Part shown: positions 9,499 to 16,720 of the stretch, one piece after another | Position numbering within the stretch: the first letter of the stretch is position 1 | How the letters are laid out: each line of letters starts with the position of its first letter | From: Pseudothioglobus sp. nBUS_23 | GTDB taxonomy: Bacteria > Pseudomonadota > Gammaproteobacteria > PS1 > Pseudothioglobaceae | Reading direction: 5' to 3' | Length of the DNA stretch: 32,000 bases | Assembly: GCF_051201565.1 (NCBI RefSeq) | Contig: NZ_CP179200.1 | Coordinates: 1,320,001-1,352,000, forward strand | Notes under the pieces: generated by a model | Databases searched by the model: none | What the model saw: the letters and a program-made list of their open reading frames with translations, nothing else | Told to the model about the DNA's origin: nothing | Program-made: the position numbers and the translations under genes

Positions 9499-10677
9499 AT
9501 GAAAAAGGAGAGAAGAAGATTTAGTAAGGAAGAGTACATTGAAAGGCAGTCAAAGGTTCGAAAATCTATGAAGGACTCCAATGTTGATGCTCTTATTGTT
9601 TATGATCCTGCCAACATGTTTTGGCTAACTGGTTACGATGGCTGGTCATTCTATGTTCATCAGTGCGTTGTGATCTCAACGGATGGTGGCCTTTTTTGGT
9701 ATGGCAGAGGCATTGATGCTAAAGGAGCAGAGCTGACCACAGATCTCGATTTAAAAGATATCATTGCATACCCTGATGACTATGTCATGACACCTGAAAA
9801 GCATCCAATGGAGCATCTTGCTCGAATCTTGAAAGAAAAAGGACTTGGCAACAAAGTTATTGGACTGGAAAAGGACAACTACTATTTCTCAGCTAGAGCT
9901 GCTGAATCTTTATATAGCTCACTCCCAAATGCCAAGTTTAGCGATCAAACAGGCCTTGTGAACTGGCAAAGAGCAGTTAAATCTGAAACTGAAATTACCT
10001 ACATGAAAAGGGCTGGAAAGGTCATCGAAGGCGTTTATCAGAGAGTTATGCAGGTTGCTGAGCCGGGAATGAGAAAAAATGAACTAGTCGCTGAAATTTA
10101 TCATGCTGGAGTACGAGGGCATGAGGGTCATTATGGTGATTATGCGTCTTTTGTTCCCTTAATCGGAGCGGGTGAAGAGGCAGCGGCATGCCATATGACT
10201 TGGAATGATGAGCCACTAAAAAACGATGAAGGTATGTTTTTAGAACTTGGTGCAGCCTATGCAAGATACCACTGTCCCTGCTCAAGAACCTTATTTTTAG
10301 GAAACCCTCCAAAGGAATACCTTGATATCGAAAAAGTCATTAATGAATGCATCGTTAACGCAATTGAGATGTTTAAGCCGGGTAATACTTGTGCACAAAT
10401 ATCAGATAACTTTACTGCCACTCTCAAAAAGTATGGCTATGAAAAGAACAACAGGTGCGGATATCCTATTGGTTGCAGCTACCCACCAGATTGGGGTGAG
10501 CGAACCATGAGCCTTAGAGGAACCGATCAAACTGTTCTCGAGGAAAATATGACCTTTCATTTCATGCCAGCGATCTGGTTTGATGACTGGGGATTTGAAA
10601 TGACTGAAAGTATCCGTGTTGGTAAAAATGGTGGCGAATGCTTGTCTAACGTTCCAAGAGAATTGTTAGTTAAATAA
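9499..10677 (+). CDS. M24-family hydrolase with creatinase-type N-domain; DoeA/EutD (ectoine hydrolase)-like
   Basis: 392 aa. N-terminal FSKEEYIERQSKVR...WLTGYDGWSFYVHQ...DNYYFSA resembles ectoine hydrolase/creatinase-type M24 proteins as I recall them, followed by a pita-bread C-domain. 12-nt gap and AAGGAGA SD after the PLP gene imply an operon. Family call is solid; substrate call is tentative. Confidence 0.8.
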   Translation: MKKERRRFSKEEYIERQSKVRKSMKDSNVDALIVYDPANMFWLTGYDGWSFYVHQCVVISTDGGLFWYGRGIDAKGAELTTDLDLKDIIAYPDDYVMTPEKHPMEHLARILKEKGLGNKVIGLEKDNYYFSARAAESLYSSLPNAKFSDQTGLVNWQRAVKSETEITYMKRAGKVIEGVYQRVMQVAEPGMRKNELVAEIYHAGVRGHEGHYGDYASFVPLIGAGEEAAACHMTWNDEPLKNDEGMFLELGAAYARYHCPCSRTLFLGNPPKEYLDIEKVINECIVNAIEMFKPGNTCAQISDNFTATLKKYGYEKNNRCGYPIGCSYPPDWGERTMSLRGTDQTVLEENMTFHFMPAIWFDDWGFEMTESIRVGKNGGECLSNVPRELLVK

Positions 10678-10682
10678 AGCCT

Positions 10683-11177
10683 TTATTTTTTTGCTAGTTC
10701 TGATTTCTTGATCAGGCTAACCGGAACTGAGTTTGTGTCTTTAATACAGTCAAGCACAGCATAACTAAAGTAGCGCCTCATGCCAATATCTGCTTTTAAG
10801 ACTCTTTTAAGAAAGTCCTGATAATCAACGACATCTTTGACGAGAACCTTGAGTATGTAATCTAAACCGCCACCTACTGACCAGCATGACTGAACCTCAT
10901 CAAAATCCATGATTGCATCCTCAAAACGAGCAAATTCACCCTGCTTATGACTCTCTAATTCAACTTCAGTGATAACAAGATGAAAATGACTTAGAAATGA
11001 AGATGATAGTTTCGCACCATAGCTCTCAATTATCCCTGCCTCTTCAAGTCTTTGAAGTCTGTCCCACGAGGGCGTCAGAGATAAGTTCAGTTTATCAGCG
11101 AGAGCTGTTTTGGTAATCCTGCCTTCCTCCTGAAGAATGGATAGAATCTGAATGTCTCTTTCATCGAGTTTGTACAT
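10683..11177 (-). CDS. Lrp/AsnC-family transcriptional regulator
   Basis: 164 aa. N-terminal HTH LDERDIQILSILQEEGRITKTALADKLNLSLTPSWDRLQRLEEAGII plus a C-terminal RAM/AsnC ligand domain. Confidence 0.9.
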   Translation of the reverse strand: MYKLDERDIQILSILQEEGRITKTALADKLNLSLTPSWDRLQRLEEAGIIESYGAKLSSSFLSHFHLVITEVELESHKQGEFARFEDAIMDFDEVQSCWSVGGGLDYILKVLVKDVVDYQDFLKRVLKADIGMRRYFSYAVLDCIKDTNSVPVSLIKKSELAKK

Positions 11178-11249
11178 GAGACCATTATCTCTCTATTTGA
11201 AAATTTATTTTTCAAAAAAATTCAATTAGGTTTGAATTTTTAATAATAA

Positions 11250-12014
11250 TCAGTGATTTATAGAGTTTTGAAAAACCCTATTAGCTATCAAATTTTCTAT
11301 TGTTTTTGAAATTTGATCAAAAGTGGCTTGATTTGATGTTAGTACCGGCTTGCCAATAGCTGCTTCGATGTCTGGAATGATTTCAGCAGATCGCATAGCA
11401 GTACACGAAATAAAGATTGCATCAGCGTCATCATGGATTGCTGCTTTGGCAGCATTTATTATTTCATCCGCTGGAAGCATGGCAACATCCCTGTCATCAT
11501 CCATATCCATATACATTGAAGAAACAATCTCAACATCATTTTTTTGAAGGTAATCTCTCAGTAAAGAGGATACTTCTTCACTGTATGGGGTTAAGACACT
11601 CACTTTATTAAAGCCTCTCTCCTTAAAGTTGGCTACAACAGCTTGAGAGGTAGAAAGAACTTTTGCAGTTGGCTTACTCTCATGAATTGCGTTTTCAATG
11701 GCACCATCACCTACGATTGATGACGATGAAGTGCAGTTAAATACCACCAAATCAAGATCGTAACCTGGAAGGATTCCTGAGGAAGCATCCGTTAAATCAT
11801 CGCCAATAGCAGCCAGGGACTCTGGTGTCATAGGGTTAGCAAAGTGAATTCGATTGAAATAGAAATCATAATTAGGTTGTTGCTCAGCATACATTCTGAC
11901 AAAATCACGCTCAAATGTAAAGTCGGTATTCAATACAATCAATCCAACAGAAGGCCTTTCATTAGCTGGATTAAGGGCCTCTGATAAGTCATATTTAGTT
12001 GATTCAATAGCCAT
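11250..12014 (-). CDS. Asp/Glu/hydantoin-racemase-fold protein (maleate isomerase / arylmalonate decarboxylase / EutA-like)
   Basis: 254 aa. VGLIVLNTDFTFERDF N-terminal strand and two Cys-Thr motifs (FNCTSSS and ISCTAMR), as in the two-cysteine active site of this superfamily. Confidence 0.7.
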   Translation of the reverse strand: MAIESTKYDLSEALNPANERPSVGLIVLNTDFTFERDFVRMYAEQQPNYDFYFNRIHFANPMTPESLAAIGDDLTDASSGILPGYDLDLVVFNCTSSSSIVGDGAIENAIHESKPTAKVLSTSQAVVANFKERGFNKVSVLTPYSEEVSSLLRDYLQKNDVEIVSSMYMDMDDDRDVAMLPADEIINAAKAAIHDDADAIFISCTAMRSAEIIPDIEAAIGKPVLTSNQATFDQISKTIENLIANRVFQNSINH

Positions 12015-12019
12015 AATCT

Positions 12020-12349
12020 TTAGTTTTGAATAGTTTTAGAAAATAAATGCATAACGACGACTCCTGAAATAATTAAGGCCATACCGATGATAGAGCCAAG
12101 ATCTGGGATTTCTTTGTAAATTACTGCCCCAATAACAGCAACAAGGCATATTCCTAATCCAGACCAGACAGCATAAACAACGCCCAAAGGCAAGTCTCTT
12201 AAAGCAAGCGTCATAAGCCAAAAAGATAGGAGATAAAAAATGACTAAAAATGTTGTTGGTACAAGCCTTGTAAATTCTTCAGTTGCCTTTAATAAACTTG
12301 TCCCGGCCACCTCAGCAGCAATGGCCAATGCTAGATAGAAATAACTCAT
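12020..12349 (-). CDS. Small multidrug resistance (SMR) transporter, EmrE/Qac-like subtype
   Basis: 109 aa, 4 TM. AIAAEVAGTSLLKATEEFTRLVPT (conserved membrane Glu) and VYAVWSGLGI align with E. coli EmrE rather than with SugE/Gdx. Confidence 0.9.
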   Translation of the reverse strand: MSYFYLALAIAAEVAGTSLLKATEEFTRLVPTTFLVIFYLLSFWLMTLALRDLPLGVVYAVWSGLGICLVAVIGAVIYKEIPDLGSIIGMALIISGVVVMHLFSKTIQN

Positions 12350-12379
12350 TTGGTTAAGTCAGTACTTTAAATAAGGCAC

Positions 12380-12408
12380 AGTATAACCTTTAGAAATATT
12401 ATTGAGAA
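12380..12408 (-). promoter_or_regulatory. Candidate promoter for the SMR/EutA-like/AsnC genes, between rnpB and the SMR start
   Basis: On the minus strand: TTCTCA (12408-12403), 17 nt, TATACT (12385-12380), about 30 nt upstream of the SMR ATG. Confidence 0.3.
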
Positions 12409-12431
12409 AAGTTTTTTTATATTAAAAAAAA

Positions 12432-12782
12432 ATTGAAGTTGGCCTATAAGCCGGGTTCTGTTTGGTCGAAACCATGATAGCCATTCATCTACGAAACTTG
12501 TCACCAAGTATCTTGAGCACTCTACCCGAAGACAACGCGGGCAGCGCCAATGCCTTCCTATTTGAGCTTGCTCCAAGTGGGGTTTACCTTGCCAAACTTA
12601 TCACTAAGTTTGCGGTGAGCTCTTACTCCACCATTTCACCCTTACCTGCCAAAGCAGGCGGTATATTTTCTGCTGCACTTTCCGTCGCATCACTGCGCCT
12701 AGTCGTTAACTAGCACTTTGCCCTTTGGAGCCCGGACTTTCCTCTCGATGCAAATACATCCAGCGACTATCCAGCCAACTTC
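12432..12782 (-). ncRNA. rnpB: RNase P RNA, bacterial type A
   Basis: The reverse complement reads GAAGTTGGCTGGATAGTCGC...GAGAGGAAAGTCCGGGCTCCAAAGGGCA...GGTAAGGGTGAAATGGTGGAGTAAGAGCTCACCGC...ACAGAACCCGGCTTATAGGCCAACTTC. The universally conserved GAGGAAAGUCCGGGCUC and ACAGAACCCGGCUUA blocks are present. The 5' GAAGUUGGC pairs with the 3' GCCAACUUC (P1). Collinear with E. coli M1 RNA but with a shortened P3. Ends are accurate to a few nt. Confidence 0.93.
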
Positions 12783-12789
12783 AGGGAAA

Positions 12790-12795
12790 ATTATA
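12790..12795 (-). promoter_or_regulatory. -10 box of the rnpB promoter
   Basis: Minus strand reads GCGTATAATTTTCCCT followed by GAAGTTGG. This is a perfect TATAAT 7 nt upstream of the predicted mature 5' end, within the 22 nt between the fumarase stop and rnpB. No good -35 element. Confidence 0.45.
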
Positions 12796-12804
12796 CGCTA
12801 TGAA

Positions 12805-14301
12805 CTATCCCTTGAATGTTAAGGGAATATTGTTAAGGGCTTTGTGTATGTTATCTCCATCAGTATCTACAGCAACGGTCACAGGCATATCTTTGACTTC
12901 CATTTCGTAAATTGCCTCCATGCCCATCTCCTCAAAGGCCACAACCTTGGCTTTTTTAATGGATTTTGAAATCAGGTAAGCAGCGCCTCCAACAGCAATT
13001 AAGTAACTGGCTTTATGTTTTTTTATACTTTCAACTGTCGCCTCACCTCTCTCAGCTTTTCCAATCATTCCAAGAAGCCCAGTATTTTCAAGCATCAGAT
13101 CAGTAAACTTATCCATTCTTGTTGCAGTAGTTGGACCAGCAGGCCCAATTACCTCATCCCGAACAGCATCAACTGGCCCAACATAATAGATGAATTTATT
13201 TTCAAAGTTTACGCCGTCTGGAAGGCCTTCCCCATTCTCAATCATTGATTTAAGTCTATTATGTGCCGCGTCCCTTCCAGTGATAATAATTCCAGACAAA
13301 AGAAGGGTGTCACCTATGTTCCATTCCTCCATTTCTGATTGAGTTAAGCTATCTAAATCAACTTTTTTATATTTAGAAACATCCATTTCTAAATCTGGAT
13401 AAAGACTGAGATCAATTTCAGGCAATTCAGCAACCCCAGATCCATCTATTGAGAAATGGACATGTCTCGTGGAGGCGCAATTTGGAATCATAGCAACAGG
13501 AAGAGAGGCTGCATGTGTAGGATAATCATTAATCTTCACATCCAAAACTGTCGTTAGCCCGCCTAGACCTTGAGCACCAATTCCCAACTCATTAATCTTG
13601 TCAAATAAATCAATCCTTAACTTCTCAACATCACTTGGATTCTTTTTAGCTTTAATGTCATTGATATCAATTGATTCCATCAAAGAGGCCTTAGCCATCA
13701 GCATAGCTTTCTCTGCAGTACCACCAACACCAATACCAATCATCCCAGGAGGGCACCAGCCTGCGCCCATCGTTGGAATCGTTCTTAGAACCCAATCCGT
13801 AAGATTGTCATCAGGATTGAGCACTGTAAATTTAGATTTATTCTCTGACCCCCCTCCTTTGGCTGCGACAGTAACGTCCAACTTATCTCCCTTAACCAGC
13901 TTCGTATGAATTACTGCTGGAGTGTTATCTTGGGTATTTTTTCTAGAGAATAAAGGATCACTCACTATTGAGGCCCTCAAACGATTATCTGGCTCGTTGT
14001 TCGCCCTTCTGACGCCCTCATTAATCATATCTTCAAGAGAAAGCTCAGCATTCCACTCTACATTCATTCCAACCTCAACAAAGACATTGACAATTCCAGT
14101 GTCTTGACAGATTGGTCTTTTTCCAAGAGCGCACATCTTCGAATTAATCAAAATCTGTTCAATCGCATTTTTAGCACTCTGACTGGTCTCTCTTTCATAA
14201 GCAGAAACCATTGCATTAATAAAATCAGGCGAGTGATAATATGAAATATATTGCAACGCTGAATGAATACTTTCTATTAAATGTTCCTGCTTGATAATCA
14301 T
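12805..14301 (-). CDS. fumA: Class I (Fe-S, FumA/FumB-type) fumarate hydratase, fused alpha/beta domains
   Basis: 498 aa. N-terminal Fe-S hydro-lyase domain (CQDTGIVNVFVEVG, AAKGGGSENKS, IPNCAST) plus a C-terminal beta domain (LSGIIITGRDAAH...GPTTATRMD). Confidence 0.9.
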   Translation of the reverse strand: MIIKQEHLIESIHSALQYISYYHSPDFINAMVSAYERETSQSAKNAIEQILINSKMCALGKRPICQDTGIVNVFVEVGMNVEWNAELSLEDMINEGVRRANNEPDNRLRASIVSDPLFSRKNTQDNTPAVIHTKLVKGDKLDVTVAAKGGGSENKSKFTVLNPDDNLTDWVLRTIPTMGAGWCPPGMIGIGVGGTAEKAMLMAKASLMESIDINDIKAKKNPSDVEKLRIDLFDKINELGIGAQGLGGLTTVLDVKINDYPTHAASLPVAMIPNCASTRHVHFSIDGSGVAELPEIDLSLYPDLEMDVSKYKKVDLDSLTQSEMEEWNIGDTLLLSGIIITGRDAAHNRLKSMIENGEGLPDGVNFENKFIYYVGPVDAVRDEVIGPAGPTTATRMDKFTDLMLENTGLLGMIGKAERGEATVESIKKHKASYLIAVGGAAYLISKSIKKAKVVAFEEMGMEAIYEMEVKDMPVTVAVDTDGDNIHKALNNIPLTFKG

Positions 14302-14390
14302 ATTTATTTAGGCTTTGGTATTGTCTAAAGTAGGCTTTGAGGTTATATTATAACCTCTAAACATTTTATTTTTTTTGCTAGGGACCCCTT

Positions 14391-15422
14391 ATGTTCAATT
14401 TATTCACAGGCCAAAATCTTTCTGTTGACTTAGGCACAGCAAACACACTCATTTATATGGATGGAAAGGTTGTTCTGAATGAACCCTCTGTTGTCGCACT
14501 CAGACATGAAAAGGGGGCCTCGGAATCATCTGTAATCGCTGTGGGTCAAGAAGCAAAGAATATGCTTGGCAGAACCCCAGGCGCAATTGAAGCTATAAGG
14601 CCAATGAAGGATGGCGTGATTGCAGATTTTAAGGTGACTGAGAAAATGCTTCAATTCTTTATGAAAAAAGTATTAAAGTCTGGTTTTTTCTCTCCAAGCC
14701 CAAAAGTGCTTATCTGTGTACCATGCGGTGCCACTCAAGTGGAAAGACGGGCTATTAAAGAGAGTGCAGTTGGCGCTGGTGCAAGAGATGTTTATCTAAT
14801 TGAAGAGCCAATGGCTGCCGCTCTTGGTGCTGGAATGGCCATTGAAGAGGCCTCAGGTGCCATGGTTCTTGATATTGGCGGTGGAACTTCAGAGATTGCA
14901 ATACTCTCACTCAACGGAATTGTTTATTCTGACTCGCTAAGAGTTGGTGGGGACGTGTTTGATGACACCATTGTAAAATTCGTCAGAAGGGTCCATGGGA
15001 TTATTATTGGTGAGGCTACGGCTGAGCAAATCAAAGAAGAGGTTGGTAGTGCTTTTGAATCCAAAATTATTCGAAAGAATGAGTTTAGAGGCAGAGCAGT
15101 TTCAACAGGACTTCCGGTAAGCTTTGAAGTAACCAATTCTGAAATACTTGAGGCTTTGAGTGAGCCCTTAGGCATGATTATAAGCGCACTAAGAACAGCA
15201 TTAGAACAAACCCCGCCTGAACTTTCATCAGATATTGCACAAAATGGTCTAGTGATTACTGGTGGCGGTGCTCTATTGGAGGGACTTGATAAACTGATTC
15301 ATAGTCAGACTAATTTACCTGTCACAATTGCTGATGATCCTCTCACATGTGTTGCTAGAGGTGGAGGAATAGCTTTAGAGATGATTAACCATCATGACAT
15401 GGGGTTCTTGGCAGCAGAGTGA
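14391..15422 (+). CDS. mreB: Rod-shape-determining actin homologue MreB
   Basis: 343 aa. [41 protein letters not shown]. Confidence 0.96.
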   Translation: MFNLFTGQNLSVDLGTANTLIYMDGKVVLNEPSVVALRHEKGASESSVIAVGQEAKNMLGRTPGAIEAIRPMKDGVIADFKVTEKMLQFFMKKVLKSGFFSPSPKVLICVPCGATQVERRAIKESAVGAGARDVYLIEEPMAAALGAGMAIEEASGAMVLDIGGGTSEIAILSLNGIVYSDSLRVGGDVFDDTIVKFVRRVHGIIIGEATAEQIKEEVGSAFESKIIRKNEFRGRAVSTGLPVSFEVTNSEILEALSEPLGMIISALRTALEQTPPELSSDIAQNGLVITGGGALLEGLDKLIHSQTNLPVTIADDPLTCVARGGGIALEMINHHDMGFLAAE

Positions 15423-15447
15423 TTCGTATTAAGTCGAGATCTTAATA

Positions 15448-16251
15448 ATGCGACTTTTAAAACTGTTTGTTCCTATATTTCTCTCGATTATTCTTATTGT
15501 TCTAGATGCTCGTTTCTCCTACCTTGATAACTTCAAGCGTTTTACACTAACCCTACTCAGTCCTATCTATTTGGTTGTTGATTTACCGAGTCAAGTGATC
15601 GACTGGGTTAATGACAAAGGCAGCGAAACTGAATTACTAGTGAGTAAAAATGACTATCTTGAGGGTCAGCTTATTGAACTCAAGGCAAAACTTCAGACCT
15701 ACAACAATTTAACTCTTGAAAATCAAAAATTATCCAATCTACTTGAGTCAAGCTACTTAATTCCAGGTCACAATGTAAAACTAGCCCGAATTAAGTCGAT
15801 CTCTCAGTCAAGACTAACAAAGAAAATTGTTATCAATAAAGGCTTTAATGATGGCGTAACTTTGTCAGATTTAATCATTGCCTCAGATGGAGTGGTTGGA
15901 CAGGTCACCGAAGTAACGCCAATGTATTCTACAGTTCGACTTCTTTCAGACCCAACACAACACATTCCCGTAAAAAACTCAAGAAATGGCATTAGAGGAA
16001 TTACAAAAGGACTTGCATCTAACGAAAGTGGAATGGTTCTAAAATATATCCCTCTTGAGTCTGATATCAAATTGGGTGATATCTTTATGACGAGCGGCAT
16101 TGGAAATTACTATCCGTCAGGGTACTCTGTTGGCAGAGTTAAATTGATAGATGAAAATCAGGATCCTTCCTTCATGACTGTATACCTAGAACCAACACAG
16201 AATATGAATAGATTAGAATTGGTGCTTATAGTGAAGGAGAAGAATGATTAA
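15448..16251 (+). CDS. mreC: Rod-shape-determining protein MreC
   Basis: 267 aa. N-terminal TM, a coiled-coil segment (ENQKLSNLL), then the beta-barrel region with GVVGQVTEV and TSGIGNYYPSGYSVGRV. Position after mreB. Confidence 0.9.
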   Translation: MRLLKLFVPIFLSIILIVLDARFSYLDNFKRFTLTLLSPIYLVVDLPSQVIDWVNDKGSETELLVSKNDYLEGQLIELKAKLQTYNNLTLENQKLSNLLESSYLIPGHNVKLARIKSISQSRLTKKIVINKGFNDGVTLSDLIIASDGVVGQVTEVTPMYSTVRLLSDPTQHIPVKNSRNGIRGITKGLASNESGMVLKYIPLESDIKLGDIFMTSGIGNYYPSGYSVGRVKLIDENQDPSFMTVYLEPTQNMNRLELVLIVKEKND

Positions 16252-16711
16252 TCAATCACAGCTAATTCTTCTTATCAAAATTACTTTTATTGCATTCATA
16301 GTTGGTGCAATTGCCTTGCCGAGTATGATCGAAATGATTTCACCATTTTGGCTGCTTTTATTTTTTATATATTGGTTAATCTACTCTGATAGTAACGTAA
16401 TTTATAGCTCTGCCTTTGTATTAGGAATTCTTCTTGATGTCTTTCAAGGTGGCATTCTTGGGCAAAATGCTCTTGCGCTTGTTATTAGCTCTGCGTTTAT
16501 TTTGAGTGTAAAAAAATCATTTTTCGTATCCAATCTTACTACCCAGCAGGTCTACGTATTCATTGCCTCTTTAATGTACCTGATCGTATTTCTGATTACC
16601 CATATAACGGTTCAAGGTCTGCAATTTCAATGGCTTATAATTTTCACTCCATTCACTGGGGCAATTCTTTGGCCAGTTGTTCGATTCTCACTTGCAAAGC
16701 TTAAGCATTAA
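16244..16711 (+). CDS. mreD: Rod-shape-determining protein MreD
   Basis: 155 aa polytopic membrane protein. Overlaps the mreC end by 8 nt and sits in the canonical mreBCD position. Confidence 0.8.
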   Translation: MINQSQLILLIKITFIAFIVGAIALPSMIEMISPFWLLLFFIYWLIYSDSNVIYSSAFVLGILLDVFQGGILGQNALALVISSAFILSVKKSFFVSNLTTQQVYVFIASLMYLIVFLITHITVQGLQFQWLIIFTPFTGAILWPVVRFSLAKLKH

Positions 16712-16720
16712 ATATTTTTC

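Noticed and set aside
10669-10685. AAATAAAG-C-CTTTATTT dyad spanning the convergent stops of the M24 gene and the AsnC gene, considered as a bidirectional terminator
   Set aside because: The loop is too small to fold without opening the stem. The usable stem is about 6 A:T pairs with no GC clamp, so there is no credible intrinsic terminator.
12367-12910. Three track ORFs (12367-12576 minus, 12462-12713 plus, 12725-12910 plus) between the SMR gene and the fumarase
   Set aside because: They lie across the RNase P RNA gene, whose conserved blocks are unmistakable, or antisense to the fumarase 3' end. They have no SD or family resemblance and are artefacts of ORF calling on a structured RNA.
13598-13909. 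Long antisense 'shadow' ORFs inside well-supported genes. Examples: 13598-13909, 13015-13248, 15804-16100, 17470-17748, 21744-22037, 21471-21698, 26030-26314, 27729-27995, 29508-29774, 3008-3280, 2678-2872, 3537-3791, 10046-10312, 14924-15175.
   Set aside because: Each lies fully within and opposite to a CDS with strong family signatures. The translations are low-complexity (Ser/Leu/Pro/Ile-rich) with no recognisable motifs or start context. This is the typical complementary-frame open reading.
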